DNA of 63,246 bases, filler included, from Octopus bimaculoides (GCF_001194135.2; 6 parts of 5 records of this genome joined end to end with filler, not necessarily neighbours in it), one strand, 5' to 3'. Positions 24,916-37,510 are shown, counted from the whole stretch's first letter. Translations and numbers: made by a program. Notes: a model not told the origin generated them from the letters alone.

Positions 24916-26060
24916 TCGTTGTTCAGTTTTATTTCAAGATTTCATGCCAATAGAGAAAGAGTCGGTTTCTAACCTAGATCCAAGGCTCCTTCATTGGAAT
25001 TTCAACATCAACAACAGCGTATTTTTGCTTTTTTTATGTATGTATTTTTCTTCTATTTTTTAATTATTATAAATCTTCCACTGACGAGGGAGCCGGTTTC
25101 CAACAAAGATACAAAGATATCTTTGGGATATAGTTAACAGACAAATTCCATTTGGAACTTGAGAAAAATTTTGCATATTTTTACTGTTCCATTCACATAT
25201 TGCTCTTGTAATGTACGAACCAGCCAGTCGATTTCTCTCTCTGAAAATCCCAGTTTATCCAGATTCTCCTTTAAGCATTTACTAAGAAAACATAGTGCTC
25301 CAATTATTATTGGTATTAATATGAATTCATATTCCGGATATAGAAGCTGGAGGTTTCGAAGCAGTTGTCCATAGGTGTCCTCTTTTTCTTTGATTTTCAA
25401 AGAGATATTTATGTCTCTGGGGCAGCTGACCTCTATGACGATACAAACCTTTGCCCCTCTGTCCCAAACAAAAATATCCGGACTGTTATGCTTACATCTG
25501 ACAAAAGTTTTGATGGGAATATTCCACCAGTATTCCTTTCAGTTTGGGAGTGAGTCGTCATCACATGTCACTTAGTCGCAAACACATATCATATAGCCGC
25601 AATAGAATGCTGTACCATCAACAATAATGTGATTTATGTAAGACATCACCCAGTAATCTATCAAGTCCATTTACACATTTCTCAATACAAACTGCTGTTA
25701 TGACTCCCCACCCACCTCAGTTTTTGCCTCCATAGTAGATGGGTAGATTCGCTAGTATACTTAAATGATAAACTTCTGGAAAGTTCTACAGATTTTTACA
25801 GTTCTAGTGATAAATTGGATCTGTAGTCTTCGAACCAGCTTTCTCCTTTTTGGTTCTGAGAAGCCTAATTTCTGAAGATTGGTATTTGGGCAGTGTGTTA
25901 CATATCCCAGTGCCCCAATAATTACAGGTATATACCTGAACCTGTAATCCGGATAGAGTTACTGCAGATTTCTCAAGTGTTCAGCGTAGATATTCTCTTT
26001 TTCACTGATCTTAAGGTTTATCTTAACATCCACTGGGCAGCTAATTTCTACTACTTACAC
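24915..26060 (-). mobile_element. R4/Dong-like RLE-LINE 3' fragment, subfamily 2, interrupted by a subfamily 1 fragment
   Basis: 26056-25761 translates to VEISCPVDVKINLKISEKENIYAEHLRNLQ*LYPDYRFRYIPVIIGALGYV...TVKICRTFQKFII*. The tail at 25020-24915 matches the tail of the 52-53 kb copy (AAATTCCAATGA...TTTC.CTATTGGC...GAAATAAAA). Confidence 0.8.
25040..25560 (-). mobile_element. R4/Dong-like RLE-LINE 3' fragment, subfamily 1
   Basis: KEYWWNIPIKTFVRCKHNSPDIFVWD...EVSCPRDIN.SLKIKEKEDTYGQLLRNLQLLYP...IIIGAL...GTVKICK: PD..E-type restriction-like endonuclease domain. Confidence 0.88.
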
Positions 26061-26092
26061 ATGTATGTATGTATGTATGTATGTATGTATGT

Positions 26093-26770
26093 ATTCCAGA
26101 AGATATAGAAACCCTCGCTTCAGATCGAGTTGGATGGCGAACAAAAGTGTGGAATGGAATGAAAGCGTTTGAAGAGGCCAGGATGACGCAAGCAGGGCTC
26201 AAGAGATATTTAANNNNNNNNNNNNNNNNNNNNNNNNNNNNNNNNNNNNNNNNNNNNNNNNNNNNNNNNNNNNNNNNNNNNNNNNNNNNNNNNNNNNNNN
26301 NNNNNNNNNNNNNNNNNNNNNNNNNNNNNNNNNNNNNNNNNNNNNNNNNNNNNNNNNNNNNNNNNNNNNNNNNNNNNNNNNNNNNNNNNNNNNNNNNNNN
26401 NNNNNNNNNNNNNNNNNNNNNNNNNNNNNNNNNNNNNNNNNNNNNNNNNNNNNNNNNNNNNNNNNNNNNNNNNNNNNNNNNNNNNNNNNNNNNNNNNNNN
26501 NNNNNNNNNNNNNNNNNNNNNNNNNNNNNNNNNNNNNNNNNNNNNNNNNNNNNNNNNNNNNNNNNNNNNNNNNNNNNNNNNNNNNNNNNNNNNNNNNNNN
26601 NNNNNNNNNNNNNNNNNNNNNNNNNNNNNNNNNNNNNNNNNNNNNNNNNNNNNNNNNNNNNNNNNNNNNNNNNNNTTTAAAAAGCCACATCAGACGCCAT
26701 GAAGGTGCCAAGGTGTAGGTACAGAAGGTGGTCAAACTCTGTGTAAGGAGTAGACAACGAAAAAAAAAAA
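26093..26770 (+). mobile_element. RTE-clade LINE 3' fragment, split by a gap
   Basis: IPEDIETLASDRVGWRTKVWNGMKAFEEARMTQAGLKR before the gap; FKSHIRRHEGAKV* and an A-rich end after it. Confidence 0.75.
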
Positions 26771-27075
26771 GACATGTAAGTATGTATGTGCATGTACGTA
26801 TGCATGTATATATGACTGCAAGTGTATGTACGGTGTTTTCATATGTCTGCATGTGTATATATGTATGTGCTTTTATATATATCTGTCTGAATGTATGTGC
26901 CTGTATGCGTGAGTGAAAGTGTTGGTGCATCTCGTCCTCTGTCTCGAGCTGTTACAATCTAGACTTTCCACTGGGGGCTGAGGCCAAGAGACACGTGACT
27001 ACATAGGCTCCTCCTTGTCTGTATGTACGAATATGCGTTTGTGATTTAGAAGCGGAGCCGTTGCATATTGAATAT

Positions 27076-27146
<71 letters not shown>

Positions 27147-27668
27147 ATGTGCTTGCATGAGTGTGTGTTCGGTATGTATATGTGTGTGCAGGTGTTTGTG
27201 TGTGTCGGTGTATGTATGTGAATGTGTGTGTGCATGAGCGGGGGTGTGTGGATATGTGTGCATGTTTGTCGAGGTGGCTGTTAAATAATTATGCATATGT
27301 GTATTGCGTCCGTATGTGCCTCTGTGTGTCCATGGGTGTATGTGTCTGCGTGTGTATATGTTTGTATATGTGCATAATATCCATGTGTGCCTATGGATGT
27401 GTGTGTGCTTGTTCGTGCATTGGGTGAGGAGTTAAATAAATATGTTTATGATGTGTGTGTGTGTGTGTATTTTTGTGTGAGTGTATTCGTGTGTTTAAGT
27501 GGAGATTAAATGATACAAAATATCTGTTGGTAATTTCGGATTTGAGTAAAAAAAAAAAAAATTCCTCAAGAGCAACATCGCAAAACAATTTTCTGCAATC
27601 TCTCTGCTCCACCTCCTCCTCCTCCTCCTCCTACTACTACTACTACTATATAGTAATATGACGATAAC

Positions 27669-27724
<56 letters not shown>

Positions 27725-27824
27725 NNNNNNNNNNNNNNNNNNNNNNNNNNNNNNNNNNNNNNNNNNNNTTAATTAATTAANNNNNNNNNNNNNNNNNNNN
27801 NNNNNNNNNNNNNNNNNNNNNNNN

Positions 27825-28860
27825 CCTGACAGCACACCCTTCGTGTTTGGCGTTGAAGTGTTGGTCGAGGGCCAACGTCATCGCCAAAACGTCGGATGCG
27901 ATGCCGCTTCTTATTGCCTCTTCTAACTTCTTCATTAGCTCACTCTCTACTCTGTTTCTATCTACGACTAGTGCCTTACTATATCTAATTACTTCCGCTT
28001 TTATTGCTCTCTTGAGAGCAAAGCACCATTTGTTGTTGATGATGGCTCCCGTCAAAGCCCTCTTTACTAACGTGCTAATTCGGTCTCTGAAAACCTGTCT
28101 CGACGGGAAAGACGCGTTCAGTTTCCAGTAACCAGGACCCTGCTTATATGCCTTATCTAAGTCTAGCGTACACGTCACGAGTTTGTGATCCGTGTAGCTG
28201 ACTGTGTGGAATTGTGGACATCCTAAGCTATCCCTATCTACTGTCCTACACAGTATCCTATCTAGATACGATCTCGACGACCCAATGCGGTTGCTCCGTG
28301 TCCACGTTGGCGCATTTGGGTGATCGAATCGGTACCTGTCAGACAGTTGAAAGCGTCTAAGTAGGTCTCTGAAGCCTTTGCATCCCCGTCTAGTTCTGTC
28401 TCTCCCCACGTAGTCTAGATGCGTGTCCAAGGTAGCATTCCAATCTCCCACTAAAAGGACGAGACGTTCCCAGGAATACTTCTAGACGTCGAAAGAAATC
28501 CGGCCGACCTGTTAAAGGCTGTGCATAGACTGCTAGAAGTCGAAAAGCGCACCCATCGCTGCCGTCGACATCCAGGACAACCAGTCTACCCTCCGGGTCT
28601 ACGGATATCGTCTTTACTTCGAGATCCAGACTCTTGCGAAAAAGTACCGCCGTGCCACAACCGCCCATCTTCGGCAGACAGGGAGAAAAATAAATGTTAA
28701 ACTGTCTGCCAGATATGGACTTTAGGGCCCGTGGCTCATGGAGTCTGGTCTCACTTATGGTTATGATTCCCAAATCGTGTGACTTTATGTCATTTAAGAA
28801 GTGCCCTTGTTTCGAAGGGGACCCCAATCCACGCGCATTCACACAACCAATCTTGACCAT
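27825..28860 (-). pseudogene. LINE ORF2 apurinic-like endonuclease domain, frameshift near 28440
   Basis: VKIGCVNARGL, ISETRL, GDWNATL, SYLDRIL, YTDHKLV, GPGYWKLNAS motifs. Confidence 0.93.
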
Positions 28861-28910
28861 GATCCTATTCAGTTGTGTGCTTTAAAACACAAAATGAAAC
28901 GAACAGAGCG

Positions 28911-30829
28911 TTACTTACCGTTCGAAAGTTCAGTTGTTTCCTCCTTTGATTTTTCATCACGGAGACTGTTGTAGAGTTTTTCTGATAGGTATTTATGTCA
29001 TCCTCCTACCGCATTGGGATAGAGGGATTTTAGTGTGTGGTGCAATATTGGTGTAAGGTGGTAAATCTTGATGTGTTCTGGTGGTGTTGTGTATGGGTGC
29101 TTGCTCGTTTTAATGTTGTTTTCTGTAATGTTTATTTTTGTGTTGATGTATTTCATCAACTCTGTGTTTGTAGTGTCAATTGCTGTGAGCATATTTCCTG
29201 TATGTATTTTCGTGGTGATGATGTTGGTGTTGATGTTGTATGTGGTAGGTTTTGAGATGTCTTCGGGAGATGTATACGCTTTGTTCGCGTTTGCATTAGG
29301 TTTGCTTCGTTTTTTGCTCCTTTTCCTCCTTCCTTTTCTGGCTATTTGCCATTCCTCACTGCTTTCGTCTTCCGAAGAAATTTCTGAGGAATCGGAAGTG
29401 GGTAGGGGCATGTTGTATGCTTCTGTGTTTGTTTGTGTAAGTGGTTGTGTTGTTGTTTTCGTTGTTATTGATTGTTGACTCTCTGGTTGTGGTGTATGTG
29501 ATGTGGGGGAAGGGGAATTAGTTTTTGCATTGTCTTTTGGTTTTACTGTTTCTTTAGTTCTTGCTGTTACAGTTGGTGTTTTTTCAGATGCTGTTGTATG
29601 TTCATTTGTTGGTGTTGACGGGTTTGGTTGGTGTGTTTCTTTTGTGGTACTCCCTTTGCTTGTCCTCTGTGCTGATGGTGGTGTGTGTAGTAAGGGTTCT
29701 TTTTCCTTGTATTTTTTCCTTGTGGTTGTTGTTCATGTTCTTGTTTTTGTTGTGTTTTTGCTGTTGGGCAATCAGTTCTTAAGTGCTCTTCGCTGCCACA
29801 CAAGTAGCAGCGAAGCCTCCTACCTTCTACCACCACGTAGAGATTATGGCCGTCTGGCAGCTCAATTTGGTGTGGGATGCTATTAATTTGATTTTGATTA
29901 ATTTGCAACAAGAACTGAATCGTTTTTGCCGACCAGTTCTGTTGCTCCAAAGAAGCAAACTCGAGGATATTGATGTTCTCCTCCATGTTGTAGCAAATGG
30001 CTGACAAAAACCATTGTGACTTTACCTCAGGAGAGACATTCTTGATCGAAACTTTGGTCACACGTTGACCAAGGTAGGTCGGAATTAAAATCAGTTTTTC
30101 CGACTGTAGGGTGAGTGTCGACAGTTCTTTTGCTTTTTCTTCGCTGTCGAAGCAAACCTGTATTGTGGCATATTTGTTCCACCAGTTTACATAGTTCTTA
30201 AAAGCCCATATCGGGCGCAAAGGTTTTTCTATAAATTCTTGTGGTGCTTGTTCTGGTCTGCGTGTTTTTGCGTTAATAATTTTGTACACTATTGTTCTCT
30301 ATTGTGTGGTCTCTATGATGTTTTGAGGAATGTTCAGGTGTAGATTTGAGCCCTCTTGAGTTAAGAGGGCTTTTGTTTGTTTTATTTGTTCTGGTGTGAA
30401 ATGTAGAACGGTCTTTTTTTGTTTCAAGGCTTCTGCGAAATTGGATTTGTTTTTGGTGGTAGTGTTGGCGGCAGAGGTGTCCGTTTTTGCTGTAGAAGGT
30501 GAAGTTTTAGTGGTAGTGATGGTCTTTTCTTTCGCACAGGCTGACGGCTTGGCGACGGTATCGCTGTTGTTGCTGGTTTTGGTGGTGGTGGTGGTGACAG
30601 GGCTGTTAACGGTCGTGGTTGCAGTATCCATGACGTTGACAGCGTTCACTTTTAAGTCTGTAATATTTGTCTTTGATTCATTTTGTTCCATATGTTTCAT
30701 AGCTGTAGTAGTTTTCGTGTGTGTGCGCGTGCAGGAATCATTCTTGTTTTCTCCTAGCGTTTCAAGGCTAAGAAAATGCTGGTCCATGAAAGAATTTGAC
30801 CAGCGTTCTATAACAACATTTCTCGACAT
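28911..30829 (-). pseudogene. LINE ORF1 (gag-like, RRM-like region plus CCHC knuckle) with two premature stops and one frameshift
   Basis: CYLCGSEEHLRTDC zinc knuckle. 30829-30299 and 30289-29567 are the same frame. The frame of 29411-28998 continues past TGA as HKYLSEKLYNSLRDEKSKEETTELSNGK* (stop at 28911-28913). Confidence 0.85.
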
Positions 30830-31028
30830 TTTTCAAAGTCGAGAAGAAAATATACTAATTTAATTAGGGTTGAAACTGCCCCTAGGGGCCAATTCCTCCC
30901 TTGGAAACACACTCAAACGAAAGTTGGGTGCTTCACACACCTTATGTGCAAAAATGTAAACACAATATGGGCGATAAATGGTAAAAAAAAAAACGATTAC
31001 CTTCGGAGCCGATGCGACAACACGTCAG

Positions 31029-31083
<55 letters not shown>
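31029..31083. repeat. (TAGA)n microsatellite abutting the LINE 5' end
   Basis: Direct inspection. Confidence 0.97.
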
Positions 31084-31084
31084 G

Positions 31085-31411
31085 CATCTTGGGCACGAGT
31101 CTTCTACTATAGCCCCAGGGTGAGCAGAGCCTTATAAGTGGATTTGTTAGACGGAAACTGTGTAGAAGTCTTTCGAGTATACGTGTGTATGTTTCTGCAA
31201 GTGTCTTTGAGTTTGTCCCCTTCCACAATCGCTTGACAACCGAGGTACGTTAGTTTACATCCCCTTAGCTTAATAGTTCTGCAAAAGAGACCGTTATGAT
31301 AACCACAGCACTTTAAAAAAATAAGTACTGGAGTTGATTTGCTCGGCTAAAACCATTCAAAGCGGAGCTCCAGCATGGCCACACTCCAATGACTGAAACA
31401 AGTAAAAGAAA
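31085..31411 (+). mobile_element. SINE family B, 5'-interrupted
   Basis: CTTGGGCACGAGTCTTCTACTATAGCC...GACGGAAACTG...GCTCCAGCATGGCC. Confidence 0.75.
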
Positions 31412-31595
31412 GATACGCAAGGAAAATATCTAAAAGAATAATACACGAAATGGGAACAATAATGCACATTATCAGATGTCTTTGTCTTTTTCATACAAAG
31501 TAACTCACAGTTTGCCAACTTTTCATGTTTACATAGGAATGATGCAAAGTCTAAAAGTATATTTTTTTATGCCATGACAGTTATACTAGGAATCT

Positions 31596-31979
31596 TGTTG
31601 GCACTCCGTCACTTACGACGTAGAGGATTCCAGTTGATCCGATCAACGGAACAGCCTGCTCGTGAAATTAACGTGCAAGTGGCTGAGCACTCCACAGTCA
31701 CGTGTACCCTTAACGTAGTTCTCGGGGATATTCAGCGTGACACAGTGTGACAAGGCTGACCCTTTGAATTACAGGCACAACAGAAACAGGAAATAAGAGT
31801 GAGAGAAAGTTGTGGTGAAAGAGTACAGCAGGGTTCGCCACCATCTCCTGCCGGAGCCTCGTGGAGCTTTTAGGTGTTTTCGCTCAATAAACACTCACAA
31901 CGCCCGGTCTGGGAATCGAAACCGCGATCCTATGACCGCGAGTCCGCTGCCCTAACCACTGGGCCATTGCGCCTCCACT
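31596..31979 (-). mobile_element. SINE family A, full length
   Basis: 10-bp TSD CTAGGAATCT (31586-31595 and 31980-31989). Confidence 0.93.
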
Positions 31980-32159
31980 CTAGGAATCTAACTACAAACC
32001 TTACATTTAGTAACTAAACCTTTATGTCAGACATCTAAGCCGTTTCGTGCTCCACGTCCAAAGGAAACATCGTTTATTTTGTCAAACTATACTCATTTTA
32101 TCAATTTCTTGTAAGATATTCAAAAACAGATGTACGCTAGATTTTCTTTTTACCGTTTT

Positions 32160-32248
32160 TTAACCACTACGCCATATGTCCACGGGTGTATGGCGTAGTG
32201 GTTAAGAGCGCGGGCTACTAACCCAAAGATTCCGATTCCAAGCAATGA

Positions 32249-32290
<42 letters not shown>

Positions 32291-32440
32291 CATCGAAAAA
32301 TACCTTAGGAATGAGAACCCAGATTCGAAATTTCCCCAAGACACCTGATGAAGGCTGGAGGGTATATCAGCCGAAACGTTGTATTAACAACAAGCAAAAT
32401 GAGGACAAATATCCATCAAATGTAAATATTGTATAAAATT
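32160..32440 (+). mobile_element. tRNA-headed SINE-like element with (AAT)n and a 3' hammerhead motif, copy 1
   Basis: Head TATGGCGTAGTGGTTAAGAGCGCGGGCTACTAACC; (AAT)n; body homologous to 49195-49437 (minus). Confidence 0.8.
32340..32385 (+). ncRNA. Putative minimal type-I hammerhead ribozyme
   Basis: CTGATGA (32345-32351), stem II GGCTG/CAGCC, GAAAC, GTT triplet (32378-32380), stem I GACAC pairing with GT(A/G)TT. Activity not demonstrated. Confidence 0.6.
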
Positions 32441-32449
32441 TTTAATTTG

Positions 32450-32660
32450 AATTATAGGCACAACAGAAACAGGAAGTAAGAGTGAGAGAAAGTTGTGGTG
32501 AAAGAGTACAGCAGGGTTCGCCACCATCCCCTGCCGGAGCCTCGTGGAGGTTTAGGTGTTTTCGCTCACTAAACACTCACAATGCCTGGTCTGGGAATCG
32601 AAACCGCGATCCTATGACCGCGAGTCCGCTGCCCTAACCACTGGGCCATTGCGCCTCCAC
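32450..32660 (-). mobile_element. SINE family A, 3'-truncated
   Basis: Head through GTGCCTATAATT; near-identical to 31596-31979. Confidence 0.88.
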
Positions 32661-33272
32661 TATGATTCTAAAACAATGTGCAAAACATATGTTCTTACAA
32701 TAACTGATTCCCTCGCCAATGGAGTAAACTATAGAAATTGTGTATCAGCTGGACAGATAATTTTGATTCAACATTAACAGAAAAACCATTTATTGTATTG
32801 TAAGAGCATAAAGAGCTGCTCGTAGAGAAACGAAAATCCATGAAAAATAGGTGTAAAATGTATATTATTAAAAGTAATGTATGTTTCGAAGGAATGAAGA
32901 CATTAAAAATGAATAGAAGGACATTCATAAAAACTATAACACAAACGGATAAACAGATCATGAAGAGTCACCTACATTTACGAAAACATGTGCGCGTACA
33001 TGTATAATGTGCCTATATGTATGTATAGATGCGTGACGGTAATGTGCCGGGTAGGTGGGGGAGGCTCTATGTGCATGTGGGTGGGTGTACGCGCGTCTAT
33101 GACATATACATATACGCACAACTGTATATATAATACTGTATATCTATGTGTGTATACATACATACATACACATACACACATATACATACACGCATACATA
33201 CATTATGTGTGTGACAGTGCACGCGCATGTGTGTGCACGTCTGTGCGTGTGTGCGTGTATTGAATAAATTGC

Positions 33273-33324
<52 letters not shown>

Positions 33325-33334
33325 GAAGGAAGGT

Positions 33335-33655
33335 GCTAATTAGTTTGGTAAGTGCGGCTTTTACTTAGAGAAAGTAATTACTAAAGTTTACACTATCTAG
33401 AAGACTTTTATAAATTCCAAACTGTTAAGTAATGAGTTCGATTCCCTGACTGGGCTGTGCGTTGTGCTCTTGAGAAAGACACTTTATTTCATGTTGCTCC
33501 AGTTCACTCAGCTGTAGAAATTAGTTGCGACATCACTGGTGCCAAGCTGCACCAGCCTTTGCTTTCCCTTGGATAACATCTGCAACGTGGAGAGGGGAGG
33601 CTGGTGTGCATGGGAGACTGCTGGTCTTCCATAAGCAACCTTACCCGGACATAAA
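33335..33655 (+). mobile_element. SINE family D
   Basis: GAGTTCGATTCCC; GTGCTCTTGAGAAAGACACTTTATTTCATGTTGCTCCAG. Confidence 0.65.
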
Positions 33656-35439
33656 GACGGACGAAATACCGCTAAGCATTCCGCCTGGCGTGTTAACGAT
33701 TCTGTCAGCTTACCGCCTTAACATTGATTATAAACATTAAAAGGATAATAATCCGGAGGAGATTCTTGCAGATTAACAACAGCTAACGTAATATGAGACA
33801 TAAAATATAGTGCGCTAGAAAACTTCGATCAACTGAGACTATCCAAGCGATTAGTAAATTACAATTTCATGTGGAGTTATTTAAAACTTTAAAAAAAAAC
33901 AATAAGCAAGGCTGCTAACTCCAGTAGGGTCACTTGTAATTTTGGACAATAAGGTAATTTCAGTGAATCTGATCTTTAAAATGAACAGGTGAAAGCAACG
34001 AAAATATTTCGGTTTATAGGACATTGTCAGGGAAGCATCTTTCATTCAGCAGCAACGCTAAGTGCAATCGATTTATATATGGAAAGAGAGAGAATGTAGT
34101 GGCGTAGAAGTGTAATTTCATGTAACCTTGTTAATATAAAAGCTAACAGGAAATCTTTTCTTTAGTCGATTTCTATTGAAGAACTAAACAAGAGGACATC
34201 GCTAAGACATAAGAGAAAATACATAACTTCTTTAATTTTTAAAAAATGTTAACGTGACTTTGTGAATTTAGCAGTCTGTTCCTCTTTGTATATAAGAACG
34301 AATCTCAATCGAATTAGCTGCCCAGATTCAAGAATATGTGTACAGAAATGCAGTTCACAGGAATTTTTTTGCTTTTCGGCACATTCATGTGCCTGCCAAC
34401 CCTCTACGGTAGATATATTATATATTTAAATTTACCTTCGTTGTTTTCTTGTGCGAACAATAGCTGCAGTTAATAATAGTCTATGTTTTGATATGTAAAG
34501 AATGATATCATTGCCAACATATTAGAAATACAATTTTCAATTATTCTCTTGAAAAACTTAAACACTTAAACTGCTAAAATCTGAAAATATTTTAATTATT
34601 TCCTCTTTTAATTGTTCCAGTAGTATTGTAGTAATGATCGTTTTTGATTGAAAATATATCTAATTTGATTTTTTAAAATTAATTTTACTTATTTAGGGTC
34701 AGTGGAATCACGTAAATAGTTTAGTCTCCAGCTAAGTACCTGCCAATGTTTTGTTTGGAGTTCAAACTCTGCTTTTCGTTTACCTCTAGAGTTGGTGAAA
34801 GTAAGCTGCAGTAATGAGCTGTGGTCAATTCAATCGGTTATAACTCTGTCCAACAAATGTCCGCGGTTATGACTCTAAGGCAGATCATAGGATCACACAC
34901 TCTATTTGAAATATCAACCAAATAGACTTCAAATCACACACCACCCGCTTTAAAAAAAAGCACCTTGTACAACGTAATTCTATAGAGACAGGATTGTTAT
35001 GGTGGCCCTTATCACCTTTGTTTACTGGTCTGTTCAATGAAGGCTTGCCTGGGGTTAAATGACAACAATGTATATCTCTATGTTAAAAATCAATGATTTC
35101 GTACATTTAAAGAATTTTACAGCATATTTCATAGTTACTTACATCCGGTATTATTATATAATTATTATATAAATTTTATTGATTGTGTTTATCGTAGCAA
35201 AATGTAATACGAATCATATTTTACTTAATTTGATTTGATTAAAGCAACTGGTTGAGTTCTCTATTTATTCCTTTATTATTCCGACAGTTGCTTGAAGCCA
35301 ACAAACTTGGGATATGAACTATTGTGCAGTTAATTCAATTTTTTTATATATTATTTAGTATGTTCTTTTGTTTTTATTTTTTTAATCTCTGAATGTAAAT
35401 GTGTAAACTGATTAACAAAATTCTTTTTACTTACTTCAG

Positions 35440-35484
35440 CATCTGTCCTGCCCTCGGGAGAGGAGATGGATTTTATACATGCAA
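35440..35484 (+). CDS. Candidate 45-nt internal exon, product unknown
   Basis: Acceptor TTCTTTTTACTTACTTCAG with upstream CTGAT branch-like motif; donor CAA/GTAAGT. All three frames are open (HLSCPRERRWILYMQ, ICPALGRGDGFYTC, SVLPSGEEMDFIHA). Confidence 0.35.
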
Positions 35485-35499
35485 GTAAGTTTTCCTACG

Positions 35500-36270
35500 A
35501 TATAATTCTAGAGAAAGGTTTAGCCAATTAATCATACGCTCCAAGTACACAGAAGAAAGAGAATGGTAGACAAGACCAAGGCCCTGTACGACCAACTGCA
35601 ATATGATAGGAAACTTTTGACCCAAGAGATGAAAGATGGACGGAGCCTAGAGAGGGAAATTTCGATCGGAGACTCACATGGGACACATGGTCGAAAACTT
35701 CACTGATCTCATCTGCGTATGCGGATGTTTATATGCTTTGAGTATTGTTGTGTCGACGACCCCAAGTGAAGAAGTAGGATCGCCCAAGACATATAAATAG
35801 AGGTAGTCTAGCCGTGGTATAGGAGTTGAGTGACTGTTGACTTGGGTTGAGTAACTGACGAGGAGCAGTCGAGTAGCGGTTGAGTAGAGATCATCCGAAG
35901 GTGCTAGATAGCAGTAGCTTGAGACATAACAGAGTAAATGGAGGAGATTCGTACAGGAACAGGCTGATTCTTGTGGTGCACCAATCAAGAAAATGAGAAT
36001 TTTGACTTCCCGACAAGTTGTTTGGGTGTACCTAACGTTTTGTGTTATTTCTTTGGCGTTGAGCAATTTATGTATAAGTGGATAGCGAAGAGGAATAGAG
36101 TCGAAATATTTTCACATACCGATGGCAATTAGAATTGTATTTGTTGCTGTTGTTGAAGCCGTCTGTATCCTCTAATTTAACTTTGTGATCAGTTTAGTGA
36201 TTGAACGTAAATAGTATAGATCCATGTTGTGGACTTGTGGGAGAAATATATAGTTTAGTAATGACAAGGA
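35500..36270. mobile_element. Possible solo LTR or other TE remnant
   Basis: Higher-GC block with TATAAATAG at ~35792 and ending ...TAATGACA. No matching 5' TG end or TSD identified. Confidence 0.2.
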
Positions 36271-36402
36271 TGAGTCTTTTCAAAATATTTTGACGTGTCC
36301 ATACGAAATTGATGAGTCAATCTGATGTAACTTCACTTGATGAAATCAATGAGCTTCAGAACAGAATTTCAAGATTTAAGGAAATTTTAATATACGAGTG
36401 TG

Positions 36403-36650
36403 AAGGCGCGTGGCTTAGTGGTTAGGGTGTCAGCATCATGATCGTAAGATTGTGGTTTCGATTCCTGGGCCGAGCGACGCGTTGTGTTCTTGAGCAAAAC
36501 ACTTCATTTCACGTTGCTCCAGTCCACCCAGCTGGCAAAAATGTGTAACGCTGCGATGGACTGGCGTCCTGTCCGGCTGAGGAATACATACGCCATTGAA
36601 ACTAGGAAACTGGGCCCATGAGCCTGGCTAGGCTTTAAAAGGGCGCATTT
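36403..36650 (+). mobile_element. SINE family D
   Basis: GAAGGCGCGTGGCTTAGTGGTTAGGG...GGTTTCGATTCC...TTCTTGAGCAAAACACTTCATTTCACG. Confidence 0.8.
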
Positions 36651-36854
36651 ATTAATTTTTTTTTTAATATACGAGTAGTCACCGATATTTGTGAGTGCAG
36701 TNNNNNNNNNNNNNNNNNNNNNNNNNNNNNNNNNNNNNNNNNNNNTTAATTAATTAANNNNNNNNNNNNNNNNNNNNNNNNNNNNNNNNNNNNNNNNNNN
36801 NTGTATGTATGTATGTATATATATATATGTATATATATATGTATATATGTATGT

Positions 36855-36885
<31 letters not shown>

Positions 36886-36905
36886 CATACATAGGTGTAT
36901 GTATG

Positions 36906-36936
<31 letters not shown>

Positions 36937-37362
36937 GGTGAAACAAACAGACAGACAGACAGATAGACAGACAGACAGACGGACACTTTCGTTTGGAGCA
37001 CTATATTATTAGTTAAAGTTGGTTGACAATTCTCTCTCTTACTATGTCTTCATATTCATATTACGAGTGAATAAAACAGAAAAGCACTTTATCCTTCGAT
37101 GCCTGACTGTAGTTGAATATACGTTAATACTAGGAATAATTCAGGCACGAATGAAGTCAATCTATAGTAATCGATACTGAACATATTGAATTAGGAATTC
37201 TAACTTTGGCACATTGCCAGAAATATGTAATATAGGAAAGACGTGATTAAATTGTCGCCAGTACTATACAGGTACATATTATAAAAAAGGACTGGAGACA
37301 ATCTGTGTGTGTTTGCAAGTATGAACTATTATAGATGAATATATATGTGTGTGTGTACACGC

Positions 37363-37408
<46 letters not shown>

Positions 37409-37510
37409 NNNNNNNNNNNNNNNNNNNNNNNNNNNNNNNNNNNNNNNNNNNNNNNNNNNNNNNNNNNNNNNATATATATGCGTATGTGTGTGTGTGTTTG
37501 TGTTTGCGCA

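Larger units (their letters stand above)
27825..31028 (-). mobile_element. Tx1/L1-type LINE, 5' part intact to a gap, degenerate
   Basis: 5' UTR, ORF1 (30829 to ~28911) and ORF2 APE domain (28860 to gap) in the canonical order with a 50-nt spacer. Confidence 0.93.

Noticed and set aside
25080-25105. CTGACGA in the R4-like 3' UTR as a hammerhead
   Set aside because: No GAAA-closed stem II, and it is antisense to the element.
28865-28918. GTAAGT...AG mini-intron between LINE ORF1 and ORF2 that might fuse them
   Set aside because: Both available acceptors give a stop or an out-of-frame join with the ORF2 ATG in this copy.
29037-30863. Hydrophobic plus-strand ORFs (29068, 29503, 30396)
   Set aside because: Antisense shadows of the A/C-rich LINE ORF1.
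35674-36066. 130-aa minus-strand ORF
   Set aside because: No motif, no splice or codon support; lies within a probable repeat remnant.
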